A stretch of 32,000 bases of DNA from Candidatus Bandiella numerosa (GTDB lineage: Bacteria > Pseudomonadota > Alphaproteobacteria > Rickettsiales > Midichloriaceae), in assembly GCF_029981845.1 (NCBI RefSeq), contig NZ_CP104164.1, forward strand, positions 1,023,583-1,055,582, written 5' to 3'. The notes under the pieces were generated by a model that had not been told where the DNA came from, searched no databases, and saw nothing but the letters and a program-made list of their open reading frames with translations. A program made the translations under genes and the position numbers. How positions within the stretch are numbered: the stretch's first letter is position 1; each line of letters opens with the position of its first letter. Below are positions 25,350 to 32,000 of the stretch, in pieces.

Positions 25350-26474
25350 TCATTCTTCCATACCTATACTTTTACCTTCTTTTTTGGTATTTTTAGCCAA
25401 AGGTTTAAGATTACCAAAATCACTCAATTTCTTTGTCCACTCGTCGCTACTAAAAAGTGATGCTGCTTTTTCCTCACTTTCATGACAAATATTACTTAAT
25501 GTTACTCCTGGATAATTACATAGCGCCAATAATGTTTCTTTTATTTTCTTATCATCTGGATAAAGCTTATGTAATCTATCTAACTCCTCTTTTGCTATTA
25601 AAAAATATTCTTTTGCTAAATCATATCTTGCCAATCCTGCAAGCGAATCCAAATCCAATTCCTCATCCCCGCTATAAGAACGCCCTCGTCCTGCAGCACC
25701 ATACTCATTGATTGCTGCATATAGTATCTCTATTTTTTCTGATCTAGGATTTTGATATATCTCACTCTTTTCTAACTGCTCTGCTTTTTTCGCTAATAGA
25801 TCTCCTTTTAATTTATGTAAAATCCTCTTTTTATCATAAGGTCGCGCTATTTTTAACCCTATGTCACATGCCTTTATACCCTCCTTGATCTTATCTATAT
25901 CCCAACCAACTATTTTTGCTTTTCCTATATACGCATTAACATTCTTTTTATTTAGTGCTATCGCCTTATTATATTCTGCACCTGCAGCTGTGAATTCGCA
26001 TTTCCCACATAATGCATCTCCTTTGTTCACATATGCACTGTCTAGTTTGCTATCCAGCTTTATCGCTTCATTACTAGACTGTATCGCTTTATCATACTGC
26101 TTTTGTAAATTATATAATTCTGCAAGTCTATTATGTATCTTCGCATTCTTTGGCTCATAATTTAAAGCACTTTTTAATTTAAAAATCCCCTCAATAAAAT
26201 CACCCTGCTTAATGTGACATACCGCATCTAACTGCCGTTTTCTTGAGCGCTCTTTATTCCCCCAGGACTCTACTTCAATTGCAATTGCATCACAATAATC
26301 ACCGTATTTATCCAGATTTTCCATATGCTCATCAAGTTTTTTGGCCTCTATCTTCCACTCTTCCTCTCTTTTATCACTTCCTTCTCCTTTATCATGAGCA
26401 AAAGTTTGCGCTATAGCTCCACTCATAATTAAAAAACTTACCAAAGTTATTGGCACTATTTGATTAATTCTCAT
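25350..26474 (-). CDS. Secreted tetratricopeptide-repeat (TPR) protein
   Basis: Signal peptide (VPITLVSFLIMSGAIAQTFA). At least three consecutive TPR units (GDFIEGIFKLKSALNYEPKNAKIHNRLAELYNLQKQYDKAIQSSNEAIKLDSKLDSAYVNKGDAL...AEYNKAIALNKKNVNAYIGKA). ATGA overlaps at both ends couple it to neighbouring ORFs. Confidence 0.8.
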   Translation of the reverse strand: MRINQIVPITLVSFLIMSGAIAQTFAHDKGEGSDKREEEWKIEAKKLDEHMENLDKYGDYCDAIAIEVESWGNKERSRKRQLDAVCHIKQGDFIEGIFKLKSALNYEPKNAKIHNRLAELYNLQKQYDKAIQSSNEAIKLDSKLDSAYVNKGDALCGKCEFTAAGAEYNKAIALNKKNVNAYIGKAKIVGWDIDKIKEGIKACDIGLKIARPYDKKRILHKLKGDLLAKKAEQLEKSEIYQNPRSEKIEILYAAINEYGAAGRGRSYSGDEELDLDSLAGLARYDLAKEYFLIAKEELDRLHKLYPDDKKIKETLLALCNYPGVTLSNICHESEEKAASLFSSDEWTKKLSDFGNLKPLAKNTKKEGKSIGMEE

Positions 26475-27778
26475 ACCCCTCCTTCTCTTTTAGCTAAAGA
26501 GCCTCTAAGCACACAGAAAGACGAGTCTTCTACTAAATACCCTGTTTTTTCATCTATATGCCGCTTGGTTACTCTTTCGGCCGTGATTAAATATTCAGGA
26601 TGTTTATCAATGCATTTATTTTCTTCTTTGACCCTACCCCACTTATACTTATTACCTTCTATAAGCCTCTTTATCGCTTTTTCATCATAGCCCATGCAGC
26701 ATACACTACTAATTTCCCCATTCAATAACCTTAATATCTCATCCTGTGGACTAATATTTGCTATCACCCCCTTCATATGTAACCTTAAAGTGCGCAAATA
26801 TCCTTCTATGAATATTTTCTCTGCTTCATTCTCGAAATCTCCTATCAGCCCCCTCAGTATTATACCTTTGTAAGTTTTCAATCCGCATTGCTTGTCTTTC
26901 ACATCAATGTACGTAAGCACCCCTGCAACTAGTACTTTTTTCACTTCTTCTACTTCATCAAAACTTATTGCACTAAAATCACTCTCTAAATCCAAGTCAG
27001 CCTTTCCATTAAAATATCTGCCATACTTTCCAGTCTCTCCGTATCTGGATAACATGCGTGCAATATATTCAGCATTCTCCTTAGGGTTACTTTCAGTTTG
27101 CAACATCCATTTGATTAAATCACTTATTCCTGCTTTTTCTTTTTTTTCCTTCCATACTCCTTTCACCCCTTCCTCTATTAGATACATATTTACGTAATTG
27201 TCCTTCTGCTCTCCTGCTTTTCCATCTGATACCATTATCTTAATTAAGGCAGATATCAGCCATAAACCATCTTCTTCAAAATATTCTTGCTCTTTATTCA
27301 GCACACTAAATGGGTTGATGCATACATATTTATCATTAGCTATACTTATATACTCTTTGCCAAATTTTTGAGCTTCATTCTCAAAATCTCTTCCTGCATC
27401 CAATATGCATACCTTATCCTTCTGCTCTATAATACTATTTGACAGCTCTTGCATGAATCTTAATCCATCATTACTTGCTCTCTGATCACCCTCTACTACT
27501 GCAACATTATTATTAATCACTATTTCTCTATCAAATGGATACCAATAAAACTTACCTTTCTTTCTACCCCATAACTCCACACCTGAGGTTATGTTTGTCT
27601 CCTCAATTATATATTTGTCAGCCTCATCTTGATGGGTTTGATTATATTCTTCTGCGGTTTTTAACATACCAGCTATCCTATTTTTGTACTTTGTATATCC
27701 CCGCACTAAAGATATAAGAACTCCTGTACATCCCCCTATTGTTATTGACGCAATAATCATTTCAGAATTTATATACAT
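26471..27778 (-). CDS. Membrane-anchored TraC (VirB4)-like C-terminal-domain paralogue with degenerate Walker A and B motifs
   Basis: Alignable with TraC residues ~450-800: FYWYPFD/YYWYPFD, RFMQEL/VFMQEL, CINPFS/CLNPFS, KAGISDLIKWM/KAGIGDLAEWF, GKYGRYFNGKADLDLES/GAYGKYFNGKANIDFSA. GRSGAGKS is replaced by EGDQRASNDG, and IIFDEAWDL by IILRGLIGDF. N-terminal helix: IIASITIGGCTGVLISLV. Confidence 0.75.
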   Translation of the reverse strand: MYINSEMIIASITIGGCTGVLISLVRGYTKYKNRIAGMLKTAEEYNQTHQDEADKYIIEETNITSGVELWGRKKGKFYWYPFDREIVINNNVAVVEGDQRASNDGLRFMQELSNSIIEQKDKVCILDAGRDFENEAQKFGKEYISIANDKYVCINPFSVLNKEQEYFEEDGLWLISALIKIMVSDGKAGEQKDNYVNMYLIEEGVKGVWKEKKEKAGISDLIKWMLQTESNPKENAEYIARMLSRYGETGKYGRYFNGKADLDLESDFSAISFDEVEEVKKVLVAGVLTYIDVKDKQCGLKTYKGIILRGLIGDFENEAEKIFIEGYLRTLRLHMKGVIANISPQDEILRLLNGEISSVCCMGYDEKAIKRLIEGNKYKWGRVKEENKCIDKHPEYLITAERVTKRHIDEKTGYLVEDSSFCVLRGSLAKREGGV

Positions 27779-28494
27779 TATCCTACTTCCACCTCCTTTA
27801 TCTTAAGCACTTTTCCTTCTTGCCTCACTACCGCAGGAACTGCTTTTATCCCAAGCTGCTTTATCAGCACTCCTCTTTGATCAAAGTAAAAATCTAATTT
27901 ATACTCCTCTTCTAATTTAACAGGAGATCCTCCTGTTAATATTAACTTTGGCTTTATTTCTGATTCTTCGTATTTTTTAATTACATACTTTAATTGATCC
28001 TCGTCTTCCCCATCAAAAAATATTAACTCATATGGCATACTAACCACATCCAGTGGGTTTACCTTTGTTCCCTTCCTATGGAACACTATACCCCTTGCGT
28101 CTCTTAAATCTTCCTTTACCTCTATACTCGGATCGTATTCATATTCTCTTACTTCACTAACCCTTCCTAAATTTAAAGATTTGGGACTCTTAATTCTACC
28201 ACTTACCTCTTTCTTCATTCTTTCGTTATGCTCATCCAACTCTCCTCTTGCTTCCATATCACTTAACTTGCCCTTTATCTCCTCTATCGCATCTACTTCC
28301 TTAATTTCACTCGTCCTTCCAACCACTCCAAAATCTTTTGCCTTTGCATTAATTGAAAGTAATAAAAAACATATTACTATTAACATCGCTACCCCTACTA
28401 TAGCGATACCAGTTGTTGTTATAACTCTAACCCACCAATAAACCTTATCTTCTATTTTCTGGTTTTTACTATAATTCTTCCTAACCATCTCCAT
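27778..28494 (-). CDS. traW: TraW, F-type T4SS periplasmic protein
   Basis: DLRDARGIVFHRKGTKVNPLD, LIFFDGEDEDQLKYV, KLILTGGS and FYFDQRGVLIKQLGIKAVPAVV parallel F TraW (DIRDNEGRVFARQGEVMNPL, LYFINGDDPAQVAWM, KIILVQGS, VYFDQNGVLCQRLGIDQVPARV). Confidence 0.85.
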   Translation of the reverse strand: MEMVRKNYSKNQKIEDKVYWWVRVITTTGIAIVGVAMLIVICFLLLSINAKAKDFGVVGRTSEIKEVDAIEEIKGKLSDMEARGELDEHNERMKKEVSGRIKSPKSLNLGRVSEVREYEYDPSIEVKEDLRDARGIVFHRKGTKVNPLDVVSMPYELIFFDGEDEDQLKYVIKKYEESEIKPKLILTGGSPVKLEEEYKLDFYFDQRGVLIKQLGIKAVPAVVRQEGKVLKIKEVEVG

Positions 28495-30982
28495 ACATCT
28501 CCTTCGCTACCTGTTCTACCGCCTCTTCTAACTTCTTCCCATCTCCCTCATATCTTTTAACTCTCTCATACTCCTCCGGCTTTGTTGAATATAACACCCT
28601 AGAAAATGGTTCAAGTATCAATCTACCTATGCTCGCATGCTCAGATGTCATTATCATCACTTCTGAATACTCACCAGGCTTTGACGTTACCGACTCTAAC
28701 ATTTTCTGCTGATAATCATTGATCTTAAATTTTTCACTCTTCTTAAGTAACGCTATCGACTCACTCTTCTGCTTCAAACAACATAACCAATCACTATTCA
28801 TAAATGCAGCCTCAGCTCCAGGACTTGAATAAAAATCATCTAGATTCTGTGTTCCCACCACCAGCGCTCCTCTATACTTTCTAAGCGTTCTTGCAAGCCT
28901 CTCTATAAATTCTCCTCCCTGCTTACCCTTAAGTAAATCCCATGCCTCATCAAATATTATTGCACTCTCTACCTTCCTTCCCCCAAGTATCACCTGATTT
29001 GTAATCAGTAACATTAATATCTGTACTACAACTCTCTGCAAATCCTTCTTACTCTTTAACTCCTCTAATTCTGTTACAAAAAATCTCGCACTAAAATCTA
29101 TATTAGCCTTACCATTAAAATATTTCCCGTACGCTCCATCCCTCGTATATGGAAATAACATCGTCCCTATCCTTTGACACGTAACTCTATCCTCTTCCTG
29201 ATTCAAAAACCACTCCGCTAAATCTCCAATTCCTGCTTTAGATCCTTTCTCACTCCACACTTCCATTAACGCCTTCTCTATCAATGAATCTTCATAACTA
29301 CTTGTCCCTTCTTTCGGTGCTGCCATCATACTTATTATTGGCTTCATTACCGATAGCGCATCCTCTATATGCTCCTTTGACCTCTCATCTATACTGCTAA
29401 ATGGATTTAAACATAATCCCGATTCCGTGCTAAATTCTATAAACTGCCCATCTAACATCTTCACCTGCTTCTCAAAACTCCTTCCCACATCAAGTACATA
29501 TACCTTCCCTCCCCTCCTAAGTATACTTACCGCAAGCTCCTGCATAAATACTGACTTCCCAGCTCCACTCCTTCCTACTACCGATACATTGTAATTTGTA
29601 TTTCCTAAACTCTCATCAAATGGATACCAGTAGTATAACTGCCCTCTCCTTCCTGCAAGCAACATTCCTGCCTTTTTACATCCCTTTGACTCTCCTTGTA
29701 GTGGCATCATGTTAACAGGCTCATGCGATAGTGTCGTTCTTAACTTCTTTAAGTAACTCATATCTAACGCCATATCTTCTCCCCATAATAACGGCAATAT
29801 ACTCTTAAGTGATAACATCACCACAAACCTATCTCTCTTTAACTCCCATCCATTCGCTCTATATAAACTATTCACTATTTGCTCAGATGATCCTATACTC
29901 TCTTTTTTATCTATAAGTACTATCTGCATTCCAGTCCTTACCAACCTCTCATTCTTTTCTAATTGCTCCCTCACAAATTCCCATTCCTTCGCTTCTCGCT
30001 TAAGCGCCGGTATCCAATTCCCAAGTGGCGATGATGCCTGTGACTCCACCCTAGATGCTTTCGCCAACATCCCAGTCTTCTTAAGTTTTCCATTCTCTAT
30101 ATGAACCCCCAGATGAATTAGAAAACTACATGGTATTTTTAGATAATCATTAAACTGATCTCCTATTAAATTATTCATCAATCCAAATCCCCACGCTCCC
30201 GGATATCTCTTCACACTCAAAAATCTCATCTCATACTCACCCTCATCCATCGTTATACTATCCGCATTTAACCCATACTGTTTATCCTTATCTATTATTT
30301 GGTATTTTATTTCATTATGAGGATTCCACTCCCCTATACTCCTGCCACCACTCTCATTATAATTTAATATGTCACTCAAATAACTTATTAAATCTTCAGG
30401 CCTAAATACATGCGCTTCCCCACTCCTTGTTTCAAATGCAGATTTAACCTGCTCTTTTAATTCCGCAATCTTACTTCTTACTACTGGCCCTTTCTCACTC
30501 ACTGGCATTGATACCGATACCAACCCCCTAAAATCTCTTATCCTAAACTTCCCCTTACCCCTTCTACTCAACTCCTCAAAATACTTCGCTCTTTTTTCTT
30601 CTAATTTCCCGATTATGCTCCCCTTATTCTCTTTTACCTTCCAATTATCTATTATGTGCTCCACTTTCGGCATTGCAGATAATAAAAATTGTATATTTGA
30701 CCCCTCTGGCAATATACTTCCAAATAACCCTGATAATTCATTTTCTAACTTTCCCTCGCTCCCCACATATAATCCAATCTCAAATATAAATCCTATACTG
30801 CTACTTCCTAAAAATAACCCATGCTCATCATCGTAACTTTCATATGGCAATAAATCACTCAAACTATGATAACTTAAAAACTCTTTCGCTTTCCTCCTTA
30901 CCTCACTTCCTTTTAAGTTAGTCCCATATTCACTACTCTCTCCAAAATACTGAGCTATCTTTTTTGCTAAATTATTCAACAT
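28481..30982 (-). CDS. traC: TraC, F-type T4SS VirB4-family ATPase
   Basis: 833 aa. The N-terminus (LLPYESYDDEHGLFL...IGFIFE) parallels F TraC (LLPYRDYNQESGLFM...MGFMLE). Intact Walker A VVGRSGAGKS and Walker B AIIFDEAWDL. Canonical position after traV. Confidence 0.95.
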   Translation of the reverse strand: MLNNLAKKIAQYFGESSEYGTNLKGSEVRRKAKEFLSYHSLSDLLPYESYDDEHGLFLGSSSIGFIFEIGLYVGSEGKLENELSGLFGSILPEGSNIQFLLSAMPKVEHIIDNWKVKENKGSIIGKLEEKRAKYFEELSRRGKGKFRIRDFRGLVSVSMPVSEKGPVVRSKIAELKEQVKSAFETRSGEAHVFRPEDLISYLSDILNYNESGGRSIGEWNPHNEIKYQIIDKDKQYGLNADSITMDEGEYEMRFLSVKRYPGAWGFGLMNNLIGDQFNDYLKIPCSFLIHLGVHIENGKLKKTGMLAKASRVESQASSPLGNWIPALKREAKEWEFVREQLEKNERLVRTGMQIVLIDKKESIGSSEQIVNSLYRANGWELKRDRFVVMLSLKSILPLLWGEDMALDMSYLKKLRTTLSHEPVNMMPLQGESKGCKKAGMLLAGRRGQLYYWYPFDESLGNTNYNVSVVGRSGAGKSVFMQELAVSILRRGGKVYVLDVGRSFEKQVKMLDGQFIEFSTESGLCLNPFSSIDERSKEHIEDALSVMKPIISMMAAPKEGTSSYEDSLIEKALMEVWSEKGSKAGIGDLAEWFLNQEEDRVTCQRIGTMLFPYTRDGAYGKYFNGKANIDFSARFFVTELEELKSKKDLQRVVVQILMLLITNQVILGGRKVESAIIFDEAWDLLKGKQGGEFIERLARTLRKYRGALVVGTQNLDDFYSSPGAEAAFMNSDWLCCLKQKSESIALLKKSEKFKINDYQQKMLESVTSKPGEYSEVMIMTSEHASIGRLILEPFSRVLYSTKPEEYERVKRYEGDGKKLEEAVEQVAKEMYGDG

Positions 30983-31370
30983 CTACCCACCTGCCTCCTT
31001 CTATTACCGTATATAGATATGTCTCCCCTATGTAATCTCCCATCTCATCCTCAAATCCATTAATCCACACTCTCCCTGTCTGCTCCGGCACCCTTCTTAC
31101 TTCGTTTTGTAATTTTTTATTCTCTACCTCCCCTCTATACTCTTCAATAATTCTAAGCCTCACAAATCTACCGTGATTTTCCTTTATTGAATCAATTTTT
31201 CCTTTCCCTAGCTCTCCTTTTGTCACCATCTCATTTACTTCAGTCACTGACTTACATCCAGCTCCCATTCCTACTCCACACTCCGTTACTTTCTTGCCAC
31301 TACATCCAACTAAACCCGTAACTAATATTATAACCACTATTATTTTTTTCATCTTAATCACCCTTTTCAT
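30972..31370 (-). CDS. traV: TraV, T4SS outer-membrane lipoprotein (start 31370 preferred; ORF open to 31403)
   Basis: Signal peptide with lipobox LVGC (KKIIVVIILVTGLVGCSGKK), small size, located between traB and traC. AAGGA lies ~9 nt before ATG 31370. Confidence 0.7.
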   Translation of the reverse strand: MKRVIKMKKIIVVIILVTGLVGCSGKKVTECGVGMGAGCKSVTEVNEMVTKGELGKGKIDSIKENHGRFVRLRIIEEYRGEVENKKLQNEVRRVPEQTGRVWINGFEDEMGDYIGETYLYTVIEGGRWVDVE

Positions 31371-31386
31371 TTTGATTTTTCCTTTT

Positions 31387-32000
31387 TTAATATTCATTAT
31401 CATTTACTTCTTGCTTTGATACTTCTAATTCCTTTTCTCTCTTAATACTTAATCTCTCTTTGACTCTACTACTTCCAATATCGGCCCCTTCTGTAAATAC
31501 AACATCCACTATTCTTCCACTTTCAATCTGAATAATCGGCTGTATACTCTCAGCCCTATCTATATAATATTTCGATAACCTATCCATACTGCTGCTTGCT
31601 CCTGACATCATCCCCTCATTAAATTTATCACTCGTACTTCTCTTTGGTATAAATGCTCCCATTGGATTTATCACTGCAGGTTGACTTGGATTAAATACTC
31701 CAGCTACTCCCTGCAACACTCCTCCCAAAACACTCTTTGCCAAATATCCCCTTCCCTTTTCTACCACTATTCCTTTTATCCCTGCTCTCCCATCCTCTCC
31801 TGTCACATATCCTGCAACTTCCGTCTCTATTATTTCTCCACTCGTCCTCTCAACACATGTTAGCTTTTCTAACCTCGCAAATACCCTCTCACTCGATAAA
31901 TCTCCATATCCACTCCCAACTATATGACAGTCCTTCAAATCACTTTGAAACTTCCTAGGTAATGTTCCCCTATCTATCAATCTTATTAATATAGGCCTTG
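31387..32000 (-). CDS. traB: TraB (VirB10-like), copy 2, 5' part outside window; intact native 3' end
   Basis: About 98 percent identical at DNA level to 5349-5908, and continues past the copy-1 breakpoint with REKELEVSKQEVNDNEY and a stop. Followed directly by traV, as in F-type operons. Confidence 0.9.
   Translation of the reverse strand, partial: RPILIRLIDRGTLPRKFQSDLKDCHIVGSGYGDLSSERVFARLEKLTCVERTSGEIIETEVAGYVTGEDGRAGIKGIVVEKGRGYLAKSVLGGVLQGVAGVFNPSQPAVINPMGAFIPKRSTSDKFNEGMMSGASSSMDRLSKYYIDRAESIQPIIQIESGRIVDVVFTEGADIGSSRVKERLSIKREKELEVSKQEVNDNEY
31441..32000 (-). repeat. Inverted repeat arm (traB 3' region), partner at 5349-5908
   Basis: See the partner arm at 5349-5908. Identity stops exactly at 31441/31440, which corresponds to the element A IR junction 5908/5909. 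Confidence 0.9.

Overview
AT-rich window dominated by F-type conjugative type IV secretion (T4SS) genes. They belong to two convergently oriented copies of a tra cluster, joined by about 8 kb of nested, decaying Tn3-family transposon debris.

Left arm (+ strand, 1-5908): the 3' part of a group II intron (RT/maturase, domain V) sits inside traT. It is followed by two small OB-fold/SSB-like genes, then traA (pilin), traL, traE, traK (two frameshifts) and traB. traB is cut 17 codons before its end by a Tn3-family terminal inverted repeat.

Middle (5908-13972): element A runs IR, frameshifted tnpA, fragmented tyrosine recombinase, repeat-rich res-like region, IR. It sits inside the transposase gene of an unrelated Tn3-family element B. 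The GGGG end of element B sits inside an 890-bp fragment of another copy of element A, and that fragment directly abuts a truncated traG.

Right arm (- strand, 13973-32000), in transcription order: traB (partial, off window), traV, traC, traW, a TraC-like protein with destroyed Walker motifs, a secreted TPR protein, an antisense DUF1640-like gene, traU, trbC, traN in two halves, two vapBC modules, traF, traH, traG.

No rRNA, tRNA or CRISPR array was recognised.

Most unusual points:
- traU has no start codon of its own. Its frame stays open antisense through the whole DUF1640-like gene, up to an ATGA-coupled ATG.
- A membrane-anchored TraC/VirB4 paralogue lacking both Walker motifs is translationally coupled inside the operon.
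- traN is split into two separately signal-bearing ORFs.
- vapBC modules with consensus promoters are embedded in the operon and coupled to traF.
- 560-bp inverted traB repeats bracket about 25.5 kb.
- The Tn3 junctions are one-ended and lack target duplications.

All homology calls rest on motifs visible in the translations and on my recollection of F-plasmid Tra proteins. No database search was possible. The host taxon cannot be assigned from this window.
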